Of a DNA stretch of 64,000 nucleotides, positions 26,356 through 36,246 are shown piece by piece (position 1 is the stretch's first letter; the number at the start of each line of letters is the position of its first letter). The stretch covers positions 235,533 to 299,532 of the forward strand of contig CBDCYR010000009.1 in the NCBI GenBank assembly GCA_965224275.1, read 5' to 3'. The DNA comes from Alphaproteobacteria bacterium (lineage in GTDB: Bacteria; Pseudomonadota; Alphaproteobacteria; SHVV01). Made by a program: the position numbers and the translations under genes. The notes beneath the pieces are model-generated. The model searched no databases, was not told where the DNA came from, and was given only the letters and a program-made list of their open reading frames with translations.

Positions 26356-27704
26356 CTGGGATCGGCGGCGGTCGGGAGCAGCGAGGGCGCCGCGATAACC
26401 CCATGGCGGGTTTGGCGCGCGACAGCTTCGGGATGTCGTGCCCGCGCCACGATGTTTGCGCGAATTCGTTCGACGCTCCAACCGGGATTGACCTCGATTA
26501 GCCGTGCCGCCATAGCCGCGATTCGCGCGGCCGCGACGCTGGCACCGCTGGCAGACCGAACATTACCGTCGAAGCCCAGGGTGGCGATCTCCTCGGCGAC
26601 CACGGCGACATCAACTGTGTTCGCACCCCAGTTCGCACCCGCGAGGACCTCGCCCGCGCTTGTCGCGCCGGTGACGACGAGTGCCTTTGCGAGGTTGAGC
26701 GCGCCGGGAAACAGAGGGTCGCGGTCCAGGTCGCGTCCACCGATCCCGGCTGAGATCACGAACAACATCGTTTCGTTGTTGGCCGCCCGGCGTTTGAACG
26801 GCTTCCAGTCGCCACGCCCCCGACCTTCGAACGAAATCAGCATAATCCGGGCGCCGGCGCGATCGGCGTCAGCGACTAAATCGACCATCCGGCGTACGTC
26901 CGGATAGGGGAATCGGTAGGGGATCAGAAAGGATCCAGGGGTTTCCAGGGTCAGCACGCCGGCTGCCTTGGTCCCTCGCCGCAGCGGATAAAAAGGCGAG
27001 CGCCGCGTATCGCTGTCGAACGGAAAATCGTCAAGGTCCCAATAATCGTAACCGAGCGGTTTGTTGGCGCCATCGCGCGCGACAACGCTGGCGATGTGTG
27101 GCAATTGGTAGTTCACCCCGGAATCAACCACCGCAACACGGATCGCGTTGTGATTGTTCTCGCCCTCATCGGCGGGGAGAAACGCTGGATTGAGCTCAGT
27201 TACCGCACCAGTTGGGACCAGTGCGCGGTCGAGCAATTCAAGCCGATCGACCTGGCCATCGTCGCGATAGTAGAGGCGTCGGCCCTCGACGATCTCACAA
27301 TCGCCTCCCGCCAGCAGCGAGTAGATCGGGAGCACGTTCGCACCGTCCGATACCTGAAGATCAATCTGTAGGGTGGCAAGCGTGCCGCCCGGCGCCAAGC
27401 GGGTGATTTCGATGATGCCCAGCTCCCGAACCAGGAAACTGCGGCTCCAGCCCGCGATATCGCTGCCGTTGCGGATGGGTTGGTGGTGGAGGCCGGCAGT
27501 ATTCTCGTTGATCTCGGCAGCCATTCGTTTGAGACCCGGGGCTTGGCTGTCGCAAGCGCTGGCGAGAGAGGATCGCAGCACCGCCTTAATCGTCGCCTCA
27601 GTCACTGCCTCGGCGGTCGCCGTTGAGACGCTTGGCGCGCTTAACGCCAGCGCGATGGTACCGAGAATGGCACCGAGAATTACACACAACCGGGATTGGC
27701 CCAT
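26352..27704 (-). CDS. Secreted S8 (subtilisin-like) family homolog, probably non-catalytic
   Basis: Signal peptide. The Asp box VAVVDSGVNY and the Ser box SASGASVAAARIAAMAARL are present. The His box reads RRGTKAAG instead of HGT.VAG, and the oxyanion Asn box reads SAGIGG. Confidence 0.68.
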   Translation of the reverse strand: MGQSRLCVILGAILGTIALALSAPSVSTATAEAVTEATIKAVLRSSLASACDSQAPGLKRMAAEINENTAGLHHQPIRNGSDIAGWSRSFLVRELGIIEITRLAPGGTLATLQIDLQVSDGANVLPIYSLLAGGDCEIVEGRRLYYRDDGQVDRLELLDRALVPTGAVTELNPAFLPADEGENNHNAIRVAVVDSGVNYQLPHIASVVARDGANKPLGYDYWDLDDFPFDSDTRRSPFYPLRRGTKAAGVLTLETPGSFLIPYRFPYPDVRRMVDLVADADRAGARIMLISFEGRGRGDWKPFKRRAANNETMLFVISAGIGGRDLDRDPLFPGALNLAKALVVTGATSAGEVLAGANWGANTVDVAVVAEEIATLGFDGNVRSASGASVAAARIAAMAARLIEVNPGWSVERIRANIVARARHPEAVARQTRHGVIAAPSLLPTAADPS

Positions 27705-27790
27705 GCTCGGAGAATGGGATGTCGCAGGCGTTCTGTCGAGGGCGTGGCTTTTGCTTGCCGCCGACCGGTGAACCTGCCAAACCTCGCGCT

Positions 27791-28855
27791 GTGAACCTTT
27801 ATGGATCCATCAAACCACTGCTTCGGATGCTCAATCCGGAGACCGCACATGGTTTGACGATGCGAGCCCTTGAGCTCGGGATTGTGCCGGCTTCCCGCGA
27901 TCAGGACCCGCCGCGCCTTGCAACCAAACTCTGGGGTAAGACGTTTCGCAACCCCGTCGGTCTCGCAGCCGGGTTTGACAAAGATGCGCGGGTGATAAAC
28001 GCGATGCTGTCGCTGGGGTTTGGTTTCGTCGAGGCCGGCACCGTAACGCCGCAAGCACAGGCCGGTAACCCACGTCCGCGTGTTTTTCGCCTCTACCAAG
28101 ATCGGGCCGTGATCAATCGTCTGGGCTTCAACAGCGCGGGGCTCGATCGGTTCGTGGCGCGGCTACGTGCCCGAACCGGCGCCAGCGGTGTGGTTGGCGC
28201 GAATTTGGGTGCGAACCGCGGGAGCCCCGATCCGGTGGAAGATTACGCGGTTGGATTTAGCGCCGTGCGCGGATTGGTCGACTACGTCACAGTCAATATT
28301 TCGTCGCCCAATACCCCTGGACTTCGTGATCTGCAACAGGAAAATGCACTGGCCGGCCTGCTCGATCGGCTCGTCAACATCCGGGCGCGCGGTGCCGGGG
28401 CCAGTGCGCCGATCCTGGTAAAAATCGCACCGGATCTCGACGACGATGACGTGGCGGCTATCGCCGAGGTGGTTCTCGACAAACAGATCGATGGCATCAT
28501 CGTCAGCAATACGACAATTGCGCGATCCGCCGAACTGCGGGCCCGGCATCGCAACCAGACCGGCGGGTTGAGCGGCGCGCCGTTGCTTGAACCGTCCACC
28601 GCGTTGTTAGCCCAGCTCTATCGCCTGACCGGTGGGCGAATTCCTTTGATCGGCGTTGGCGGAATCGCATCCGGTGCCGACGCCTACAGAAAAATTCGCG
28701 CCGGTGCGTCGCTGGTTCAACTTTACACAGCCTTGATCTATCAAGGGCCGGGGCTGATCTCTAAGATCAAACGCGAACTCGACGAGCTCCTGCAACGCGA
28801 TGGTGCCGCAAACGTCGCCGCGATGGTTGGACGGGACATTGATGATCGATTGTGA
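27791..28855 (+). CDS. pyrD: Dihydroorotate dehydrogenase (quinone), class 2
   Basis: NPVGLAAGFDKDA, GFGFVEAGTVTPQAQAGNPRPRVFRL, NISSPNTPGLR and GGLSGAPL. The likely start is GTG 27791 (VNLYGSIKPLLRMLNPETAH); the longer 27623 ORF would overlap the divergent gene. Confidence 0.9.
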   Translation: MNLYGSIKPLLRMLNPETAHGLTMRALELGIVPASRDQDPPRLATKLWGKTFRNPVGLAAGFDKDARVINAMLSLGFGFVEAGTVTPQAQAGNPRPRVFRLYQDRAVINRLGFNSAGLDRFVARLRARTGASGVVGANLGANRGSPDPVEDYAVGFSAVRGLVDYVTVNISSPNTPGLRDLQQENALAGLLDRLVNIRARGAGASAPILVKIAPDLDDDDVAAIAEVVLDKQIDGIIVSNTTIARSAELRARHRNQTGGLSGAPLLEPSTALLAQLYRLTGGRIPLIGVGGIASGADAYRKIRAGASLVQLYTALIYQGPGLISKIKRELDELLQRDGAANVAAMVGRDIDDRL

Positions 28856-28906
28856 GCCGGCGCTTCCGGCAACACGCGAGCATGAGGCGGACGGGAAACC
28901 CAGGAG

Positions 28907-30118
28907 ATGATGGTACCGCTTCTGCACGCCGTTTTTGTCGTCGGCTATGGGGCGATCAGCTACCTCGCCGCGCAGGAGTTTGTACTGCGGGTTCCCGAGG
29001 CGGGTGCGTTTGTCGGGTACGGCGCTGGCGTGCTGCTGCTGGTGCTGCTGGCGCTGCTGCATTTCGCCATCGCACAAGTCATGCTGAACACGCGCATGCG
29101 GCGTGAGATCGAATACATCGCCTACGAACATCAGGAGATGGCTGATACCGTCGCCACCGCGCGGCGTGAGGTCAACGAATTGAGCACGCTCGCATCCGAT
29201 GGCGACGTGGCCCGCAGCAACTCCGAAATCGTTTCGGAGATGCGTGTTTTGCGCAGTCTCATCACCCAGCTCAACACCCGTCGTGGCCATGGTGGCGCCA
29301 ATCGTACGGGCACGGCGAAAAACGATGCGCTCACCGACACCACGTCGCCGCTGGCAACGCCGCTGCCAACCAACCTGAGCGACAACGAAGTGCTCGACAT
29401 CACCCGGCGCGCGCTCGAGGATAATCGGGTCGATCTCTACATCCAGCCGATCGTCAACCTGCCGCAGCGTCAGGTTCGTTTCTACGAATCGTTTTCACGC
29501 GTGCGTCACGAGGACAGCGGCATCATCCTGCCGGAACAATACATCCCGATTGCCACCGCAAGCGGTTTGATCTCCACGATCGACAATCTGTTGCTGTTTC
29601 GCTGCGTCCAACTCATTCGACGGGTTCACCGCGATCAATCGAAACTCGGATTTTTTTGCAATATCTCGCGCCACAGCCTGACTGATTTGGAATTCTTCCC
29701 GCAATTTATCGACTTTCTCGAGCACAACAGGGAGTTGGCGGGGGTTCTCAATTTCGAATTCGGCCAGGACGATCTCGCGCTACCCGAGGTCGAAACCAAC
29801 CTCGAACGTATGGCCTCGCTTGGCTATACGTTTTCGATCGATCGGGTGAAGTCGCTGAGACTTGATATCGCGGGCCTGTCGCGGCGCCGGGTTCGCTTCA
29901 TCAAGGTCGGGGTCGACACGTTGCTGTCGGAGCGTCATCAAGCCAACGCCCCGGTTCATATCAATGATCTAAGTGACGCGATGAAGCGGGCCGAGATCTC
30001 GCTGATTGCCGAGAAGGTCGAGATGGAATCGACGGTCATCGATCTGATCGATCGCAATGTGGGTTTCGGACAGGGTTACCTGTTCGGTGAACCCCGACCC
30101 CATCGCGCTGAGTTCTAA
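28907..30118 (+). CDS. Membrane-anchored EAL-domain protein (degenerate EAL)
   Basis: Two N-terminal TM helices and a coiled coil, followed by an EAL-like domain: YIQPIVNL...FYESFSRV, FCNISRHSL, IKVGVD, IAEKVE and GFGQGYLFGEP. Confidence 0.78.
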   Translation: MMVPLLHAVFVVGYGAISYLAAQEFVLRVPEAGAFVGYGAGVLLLVLLALLHFAIAQVMLNTRMRREIEYIAYEHQEMADTVATARREVNELSTLASDGDVARSNSEIVSEMRVLRSLITQLNTRRGHGGANRTGTAKNDALTDTTSPLATPLPTNLSDNEVLDITRRALEDNRVDLYIQPIVNLPQRQVRFYESFSRVRHEDSGIILPEQYIPIATASGLISTIDNLLLFRCVQLIRRVHRDQSKLGFFCNISRHSLTDLEFFPQFIDFLEHNRELAGVLNFEFGQDDLALPEVETNLERMASLGYTFSIDRVKSLRLDIAGLSRRRVRFIKVGVDTLLSERHQANAPVHINDLSDAMKRAEISLIAEKVEMESTVIDLIDRNVGFGQGYLFGEPRPHRAEF

Positions 30119-30123
30119 GAACG

Positions 30124-30987
30124 ATGAATGGTGTCTCGATCCCAATCGTTACCGGGATCGGCGGTTGGGCCGATCGCTACGACGCGTTGATCCTCGACCT
30201 ATGGGGTGTCATTCACAACGGTCTCGCTGCTTATCCAGCGGTACCGGATTGCCTCACCCGTGCGCGCGCCGCCGGGATGCAGATCCTGTTTCTCTCCAAC
30301 GCGCCGCGGCGATCGAAGGAAGTGGTCAAGCGATTGACCGAGCTCGGCATCGCGCCGAGCGCCTATGACCACATTGTCACCTCGGGCGATCTCGTCCGTG
30401 ATGCGTTAATGGTGCGGGATGATCCGTTCTACGCCGCGCTCGGGCGGGACTATTATCATCTTGGTCCCGAGCGCGATTGGGGCTTGATGGAGGATATGGA
30501 CTATCGCGCCGTCGCGTTCGAAGACGCCTCCTTTGTCGTCAACACCGGGCTGTTCGAAGACGAAACCGAAACCGTTGCCGACTACGAGGCGTTCGTTGCC
30601 GCAGCGTTAGAGCGGGCTCTGCCGATGGTGTGCGTCAACCCGGATCGTTGGGTGATGCGGGGTGAGCGTTTGCTGCCCTGCGCCGGCGTTTTGGCCGAGG
30701 TTTATGAAGATCGTGGCGGTCCTACCTCGTATCGCGGCAAGCCGTATGCCGCCGCGTACGAGGCCTGTTTCAAGGCGTTCGGTGAGATCGATCGTGAGCG
30801 GGTTCTCGCGATCGGGGATTCGCTGCATACCGATATAGCCGGTGCGCACGCGGTCGGCGTCGACGTTGTTTTCGTGACGTCGGGCATCCACGCCAAGACG
30901 CTGGGGAACGGCTCAGGTGGGCTTGAGACCGCGTGTGCCGAAGCCGACGTTCACCCGATCGCAGCCATGGATCATCTGGCCTGGTGA
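30124..30987 (+). CDS. HAD-superfamily class IIA hydrolase (TIGR01459-like)
   Basis: The motif I region is ALILDLWGVIHNG, followed by LFLSNAPRR and the C-terminal AIGDSLHTDIAGA. Confidence 0.8.
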   Translation: MNGVSIPIVTGIGGWADRYDALILDLWGVIHNGLAAYPAVPDCLTRARAAGMQILFLSNAPRRSKEVVKRLTELGIAPSAYDHIVTSGDLVRDALMVRDDPFYAALGRDYYHLGPERDWGLMEDMDYRAVAFEDASFVVNTGLFEDETETVADYEAFVAAALERALPMVCVNPDRWVMRGERLLPCAGVLAEVYEDRGGPTSYRGKPYAAAYEACFKAFGEIDRERVLAIGDSLHTDIAGAHAVGVDVVFVTSGIHAKTLGNGSGGLETACAEADVHPIAAMDHLAW

Positions 30988-31019
30988 CGCCTGCGCCGAT
31001 CACCTATTTCCCGGATCAC

Positions 31020-32522
31020 CTATTTCATCGTCGGCATCACGAACTCAGCGTTGGTGCGGATGCCGGTCGGCCACCGCGCGGTCACCGTTTTCAGCCGGGT
31101 GTAGAACCGCACCCCTTCCGGTCCGTGCATGTGATGGTCGCCGAATAGCGAGCGTTTCCAACCCCCGAAGCTGTGAAACGCCATCGGTACCGGGATTGGG
31201 ACGTTGATGCCAACCATGCCGATCTTGGCCCGGTTGGTGAAGCTGCGGGCGGCATCGCCGTCGCGGGTAAAGATCGCGACGCCATTGCCTAATTCGTGAT
31301 CGTTCACCAGGTCCAGCGCGGCTTCGAAATCGTCGGCGCGAACGACCGAGAGCACCGGCCCGAAGATTTCGTCCTGATAAATCCTCATGTCGGACGTGAC
31401 GTTGTCGAACAACGATCCGCCGATAAAGAATCCGTCCTCGTAGCCCTGCAGCTTGAGTCCGCGACCGTCGACACGCAGCGTCGCGCCTTCGTCGACGCCG
31501 GTGTCGATATAGCCGGACACCCGGTCGAGATGAGCGCGTGTCACCAGCGGTCCCATTTCCGAATCGGGATCGGTGCCGGGGCCAACTTTGAGGCTGCGGA
31601 CCCGCGGTTCGAGTTTATCCATGAGTTGATCGGCGACGCCGCCGACGGTAACCGCGACCGAGACCGCCATGCATCGCTCGCCGGCCGAGCCGTAGGCCGA
31701 GCCAATCAGGGCTTCGGTTGCCTGATCGAGATCGGCGTCGGGCATAACGATCATGTGGTTCTTGGCACCTCCGAGGGCCTGCACGCGCTTGCCGGCATTG
31801 GCGGCGGTGCGGTAGATGTGCTCGGCGATCGGCGTTGAGCCGACGAAACTCACGGCATCGACTTTCGGGTGGCTGAGGAGGGCTTCGACGGCTTCCTTGT
31901 CGCCGTTGATGACGTTGAAAACGCCATCCGGCAGACCGGCTTGGCTAAGCAGTTCGGCCATCCGAATCCCGACCGAGGGATCCTTTTCCGAGGGCTTGAG
32001 AACGAACGTGTTGCCGCAGGCGAGGGCGACAGGATACATCCACATAGGCACCATCGCCGGGAAGTTGAACGGGGTGATGCCAACGCACACGCCGAGCGGT
32101 TGGCGCATCGACCAGCTGTCTATCTCGGTGCCGACACTATCGGTGTATTCGCCTTTGAGGAGTTGTGGAATACCGCAAGCGAACTCGACCACTTCGAGAC
32201 CGCGGGTGATCGAACCTTTGGCATCGGCAATGGTCTTGCCGTGCTCGGCGGTCAGCAGTGCCGCCAATTCGTCGATGTTCGCGCCGATCAGCTCGCGGAA
32301 ACGAAACATGACACGGGCGCGTTGCAGCGGGGTGACGGCGGACCATTCGGGGAACGCGGCCGCTGCGGCGGCGACCGCGGCGTCGACCTCGGCAGCCGTG
32401 GCGAGTGGGACGTGCGCGGAAATTTCCCCGGTGGCTGGATTGAAAACATCGCCGAAACGATCGCTCGTTCCTGTGACGGTCTTGCCGCCGATGTAATGAG
32501 AGAGTTTGGATACCGCCATCAT
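31020..32522 (-). CDS. mmsA: Methylmalonate-semialdehyde dehydrogenase (CoA-acylating)
   Basis: 500-aa aldehyde dehydrogenase with [31 protein letters not shown], the catalytic Cys region GSAGERCMA, and an MmsA-type C-terminus. Confidence 0.9.
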   Translation of the reverse strand: MMAVSKLSHYIGGKTVTGTSDRFGDVFNPATGEISAHVPLATAAEVDAAVAAAAAAFPEWSAVTPLQRARVMFRFRELIGANIDELAALLTAEHGKTIADAKGSITRGLEVVEFACGIPQLLKGEYTDSVGTEIDSWSMRQPLGVCVGITPFNFPAMVPMWMYPVALACGNTFVLKPSEKDPSVGIRMAELLSQAGLPDGVFNVINGDKEAVEALLSHPKVDAVSFVGSTPIAEHIYRTAANAGKRVQALGGAKNHMIVMPDADLDQATEALIGSAYGSAGERCMAVSVAVTVGGVADQLMDKLEPRVRSLKVGPGTDPDSEMGPLVTRAHLDRVSGYIDTGVDEGATLRVDGRGLKLQGYEDGFFIGGSLFDNVTSDMRIYQDEIFGPVLSVVRADDFEAALDLVNDHELGNGVAIFTRDGDAARSFTNRAKIGMVGINVPIPVPMAFHSFGGWKRSLFGDHHMHGPEGVRFYTRLKTVTARWPTGIRTNAEFVMPTMK

Positions 32523-32614
32523 CGTCCTCCGTTTCGTTTTCTTGGCGGCACCCTAGGAAGCCCGTGGGCGCGGTGCAAGCGGTCGTCTCACCGCCAACAA
32601 ATCAGCGGCACACA

Positions 32615-32646
32615 AAGAAAAACCGCCGGGACAAAGCCCGGCGGTT
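32615..32646 (-). terminator. Rho-independent terminator after sdhB
   Basis: The minus-strand RNA reads CCGCCGGGCUUUGUCCCGGCGGUUUUUC. It starts about 25 nt after the sdhB stop codon. Confidence 0.7.
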
Positions 32647-32668
32647 GCTGCGTTCTCTGAACGGTGCG

Positions 32669-33448
32669 TTAGACCTGCCGTTCGAGCATCATTTTCTTGA
32701 TCTCGGCGATGGCTTTGCCTGGATTGAGGCTCTTGGGGCAGGTGTTCGTGCAATTCATGATCGTGTGACAGCGAAACAGTCGGAACGGATCCTCTAGATC
32801 GTCGAGCCGTTCGCCGGTCGCGTCATCGCGGCTGTCGACCAGCCAGCGATAGGCCTGCAACAGGATTGCCGGGCCGAGATAACGCTCGCCATTCCACCAG
32901 TAGCTCGGGCAGCTGGTCGAGCAGGATGCGCACAGAATGCACTCCCACAACCCGTCGACCTTCTCGCGCTCTTCGCGGGATTGTTTGCGTTCGGTGTCGG
33001 GCGGTGTCTCTGAACTCTTCAGCCACGGTTGGATCGAGGCGTATTGCGCGTAGAACGTCGTCAAGTCCGGTATCAGGTCCTTGACCACCGGCAGATGCGG
33101 CAACGGGTAGACCTTCACGTCACCGCCGACATCGTGGGTTGCCTTGGTGCAGGCGAGCGTATTGGTACCGTCGATATTCATGGCGCACGAGCCGCACACG
33201 CCTTCGCGACAAGAGCGCCGGAAGGTGAGGGTTGGGTCCATCTCGTTTTTAATCTTGACGAGCGCATCAAGAACCATGGGTCCGCAATTGCCGACATCAA
33301 CCTCATAGGTATCGACGCGCGGGTTTTGACCGTCATCCGGATTCCAGCGATAGACCTTGAAGTTTTTAACCTCGCTGGCGCCGTCGGGCGCCTTGTGGGT
33401 TTGTCCCTTCTTGACCTTCGAGTTCGCCGGCAGTGTAAATTCAGCCAT
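32669..33448 (-). CDS. sdhB: Succinate dehydrogenase iron-sulfur subunit
   Basis: Three Fe-S cysteine clusters: [27 protein letters not shown] and [12 protein letters not shown]. Confidence 0.95.
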   Translation of the reverse strand: MAEFTLPANSKVKKGQTHKAPDGASEVKNFKVYRWNPDDGQNPRVDTYEVDVGNCGPMVLDALVKIKNEMDPTLTFRRSCREGVCGSCAMNIDGTNTLACTKATHDVGGDVKVYPLPHLPVVKDLIPDLTTFYAQYASIQPWLKSSETPPDTERKQSREEREKVDGLWECILCASCSTSCPSYWWNGERYLGPAILLQAYRWLVDSRDDATGERLDDLEDPFRLFRCHTIMNCTNTCPKSLNPGKAIAEIKKMMLERQV

Positions 33449-33506
33449 CTATTCAGTCCTCGGTTCGAAACCGCAAATACTTGGATACGCGTAAGAAATG
33501 TCCCGT

Positions 33507-35294
33507 TTAGTAGACCCGAGCCTTAGGCGGGATGTACTGCACTTCATCGGTCAGCGTGTAGGTGTGGACCGGCCGATAATCCATCGTTACCTCACCCTTG
33601 TCGTTTATGTAGGTCAGGGTGTGCTTCATCCACTCGTCGTCGTCGCGATCGGAGAAGTCCTCGCGGGCGTGACCGCCGCGGCTTTCCTTGCGATTGCTCG
33701 CGGCGTGGATGGTCACGATCGACTGCATCATCAGATTGTGCAGTTCCAGCGTTTCCATCAAATCCGAGTTCCAGATCATGGAGCGATCGGTGACCTGGAT
33801 ATCGGCCATCGTCGCGTTGACCTCGTCGAGTTTCTTGATGCCTTCCTCGAGCACCTCACCGGTGCGGAACACGGCACAGTTGGCCTGCATCACGCGTTGC
33901 ATATTGAGGCGGATGGTCGCGGTCGGTAGCGAGCCGCTGGCGTTGCGATAGTGATCGAATTTGGCCATCGCCGCATCGCCGGCATCGGCCGGCAGGGGCT
34001 TGTGCGGCGTTCCCGGCTTGACCAGCTCAGTTGCCTTGATGGCCGCCGCGCGCCCGAACACCACGAGATCAAGCAACGAGTTCGAGCCCAGCCGGTTGGC
34101 GCCATGGACCGACACACAAGCGGCTTCGCCGATCGCCATCAGGCCCGGAACGGCATAATCGGGATCGTCGCCCTTCCGGATCACGACCTCGCCGTGATAG
34201 TTGGTTGGCACCCCACCCATATTGTAGTGGACGGTCGGCAGGATCGGGATCGGTTCGCGCGTGACGTCGACACCAGCGAAAATCATCGCACTTTCCGAGA
34301 TGCCGGGCAGGCGCTCCTCGAGGATGTCGGGATCGATATGGTCGAGGTGGAGGTGGACGTGATCCTTTTCAGGACCCACCCCGCGGCCTTCGCGAATCTC
34401 AATCGTGATCGAGCGGCTGACGACATCGCGCGACGCCAAATCCTTGGCCGTGGGCGCGTAGCGCTCCATAAAGCGTTCGCCCTCGGAGTTTCTGAGGATC
34501 CCGCCCTCGCCGCGGGCGCCTTCGGTGATCAACACCCCGGCGCCATAGATTCCGGTTGGATGGAACTGCACGAATTCGGGATCCTGCAGCGGCAGGCCAG
34601 CCTCCAGCACCATCGCGTTGCCGTCACCGGTACAGGTGTGGGCCGAGGTGCATGAAAAGAATGAGCGGCCGTAACCACCGCTGGCCAGAATCACCAGGTG
34701 GGCGCGGAACCGGTGGATCGTCCCATCGTCGAGGTTCCAGGCCATGATCCCGCGGCAGGCGCCATCTTCCATGATCATGCCAAACGCGAAATATTCGACA
34801 AAGAATTCGGCTTCGTGCTTGAGGCTCTGCTGATAAAGCGTATGCAGAATCGCGTGACCCGTGCGATCGGCTGCAGCACAGGTGCGTTGCGCGATACCCT
34901 CGCCGAAATTGGTCGACATACCACCAAACGCGCGCTGGTAGATCGTTCCCTGTTCGGTGCGCGAGAACGGCACGCCGTAGTGTTCGAGTTCGACGACCGC
35001 AGCCGGGCCTTCTTTGCACATATATTCGATCGCGTCCTGATCGCCGAGCCAGTCGGCGCCCTTGACGGTGTCGTACATATGCCAGCGCCAGTCGTCCTCG
35101 CCCATATTGCCGAGCGCGGCGGATATTCCACCCTGCGCGGCGACCGTGTGGCTGCGGGTGGGGAACACTTTGGTGATGCAGCCGACCTTAAGACCGGCCT
35201 CAACCAATCCGACGACGGCGCGGAGCCCGGCCCCGCCGGCACCGAGGACGATCACATCATGTGTGTGATCGATGATTTCGTAGGCTTGGGTCAT
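33507..35294 (-). CDS. sdhA: Succinate dehydrogenase flavoprotein subunit
   Basis: FAD-binding site [13 protein letters not shown], the covalent-FAD histidine region [11 protein letters not shown], and [21 protein letters not shown]. Confidence 0.95.
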   Translation of the reverse strand: MTQAYEIIDHTHDVIVLGAGGAGLRAVVGLVEAGLKVGCITKVFPTRSHTVAAQGGISAALGNMGEDDWRWHMYDTVKGADWLGDQDAIEYMCKEGPAAVVELEHYGVPFSRTEQGTIYQRAFGGMSTNFGEGIAQRTCAAADRTGHAILHTLYQQSLKHEAEFFVEYFAFGMIMEDGACRGIMAWNLDDGTIHRFRAHLVILASGGYGRSFFSCTSAHTCTGDGNAMVLEAGLPLQDPEFVQFHPTGIYGAGVLITEGARGEGGILRNSEGERFMERYAPTAKDLASRDVVSRSITIEIREGRGVGPEKDHVHLHLDHIDPDILEERLPGISESAMIFAGVDVTREPIPILPTVHYNMGGVPTNYHGEVVIRKGDDPDYAVPGLMAIGEAACVSVHGANRLGSNSLLDLVVFGRAAAIKATELVKPGTPHKPLPADAGDAAMAKFDHYRNASGSLPTATIRLNMQRVMQANCAVFRTGEVLEEGIKKLDEVNATMADIQVTDRSMIWNSDLMETLELHNLMMQSIVTIHAASNRKESRGGHAREDFSDRDDDEWMKHTLTYINDKGEVTMDYRPVHTYTLTDEVQYIPPKARVY

Positions 35295-35298
35295 CGGT

Positions 35299-35679
35299 TC
35301 AGCCTCCCAGCCAGATCCACACCACCGACATGATCGACGTCAGTGCCAACGCAATGCACCAGAATGTCATGACGACAAGTGAGGTAATTTTTACCCATTC
35401 GGTATGCACGTAATCTTCAATGATCACCTGCATGCCTAGTTTGAGATGGTAGTAGCCGGCAGCCAGCATCAGGATCATTAATCCGGCGACGATCGGGTCT
35501 TTGATCCAATCGACCGCTTCCTGATAGGTGCCGCTGGCGATAACGATCAACGAAACGGCGAACCACACCATCAGCGGGATTAGCGCCAGCGCGGTGAGTC
35601 GCTGGTGCCACCAGTGCTCGAGACCGCTTTTGGCCGAGCCCAGGCCGCGGACGCGGCCGAGCGGGGTTTCCATGCTCAT
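35299..35679 (-). CDS. sdhD: Succinate dehydrogenase membrane anchor subunit
   Basis: The internal start [28 protein letters not shown] overlaps the sdhC stop (ATGA). The protein has three TM helices. The upstream extension of ORF 35299..35898 overlaps sdhC and is not credible. Confidence 0.85.
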   Translation of the reverse strand: MSMETPLGRVRGLGSAKSGLEHWWHQRLTALALIPLMVWFAVSLIVIASGTYQEAVDWIKDPIVAGLMILMLAAGYYHLKLGMQVIIEDYVHTEWVKITSLVVMTFWCIALALTSIMSVVWIWLGG

Positions 35680-36077
35680 AGCACACCTCCGCGAACGGCG
35701 TAGCCAAGGATCCAGGTGAGTCCGGTAAGTCCCATCGACGCCACCAGCACCAGCCAACCGGTCAGGTTCACCGTCTTGATTTCGAAGCCGGCGCCCATAT
35801 CCCAGAACAGATGCCGGATGCCGTTGCACAGGTGGTAGAACAGCGAGAAGGTGAAACCAAGCAGAACCAGGCGACCAATCCAGCCGCCGTTGAACCATTG
35901 CACGGTTTCAAATGCGCTCGGCCCCATCGCCGCTGCGATCAACCACCACGCCAACAGCAAAGTGCCCACGCCGAGCACCACGCCGGTGCCGCGATGAACG
36001 ACCGATAGGAGTGAAGTGAGTTGTGGTCGATAAACTTGGAGGTGGGGTGAAAGTGGTCTTTTACTCGCGTCTGCCAT
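35676..36077 (-). CDS. sdhC: Succinate dehydrogenase cytochrome b556 subunit
   Basis: RPLSPHLQVYRPQLTSLLSVVHRGTG and HLCNGIRHLFWD. It is the first gene of the sdhCDAB order. Confidence 0.87.
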   Translation of the reverse strand: MADASKRPLSPHLQVYRPQLTSLLSVVHRGTGVVLGVGTLLLAWWLIAAAMGPSAFETVQWFNGGWIGRLVLLGFTFSLFYHLCNGIRHLFWDMGAGFEIKTVNLTGWLVLVASMGLTGLTWILGYAVRGGVL

Positions 36078-36246
36078 TCGCTAGCCCCTCGCAAATCAGG
36101 GGGACTAGCGGACTACGCCTGCCGACGGTGCCATCCCCCCAACGTCTATTACGCGGCAACCCTTCGTGCGAGGGATTTAAGACCCTCGCCCCGTGCAAGT
36201 CAACGAAAGCAGGTGGCGGAGGGGCGCAAGAAGGTCGAGATCGGGC

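Noticed and set aside
30998-31026. Direct duplication GATCACCTATTTC (30998-31010) and GATCACCTATTTC (31014-31026), with a 3-nt spacer, at the convergent HAD/mmsA junction. The second copy contains the mmsA stop codon.
   Set aside because: This is a 13-bp, two-copy repeat that probably arose by slipped-strand duplication of the mmsA 3' end. It has no hairpin or recognisable binding-site symmetry, and it is too small to interpret.
35680-35898. N-terminally extended versions of several ORF-track entries: sdhD from 35898, rplS from 41058, ccmA from 57993, pyrD from 27623 and the ABC-2 permease from 2511.
   Set aside because: The extensions overlap the preceding gene and lack similarity to the family N-termini. 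Internal starts give canonical N-termini and the usual 4-nt overlaps or RBS spacing.
36078-36246. Possible structured 5' leader or sRNA in the asd-sdhC spacer (hairpins CGAGGG-TCTTAAA-TCCCTCG and GCTAGTCCCC...GGGGCTAGC next to the sdhC RBS).
   Set aside because: The stems are short and imperfect. I recognised no conserved RNA family motif, and I could not assess conservation. The spacer most likely holds an ordinary promoter and 5'-UTR.
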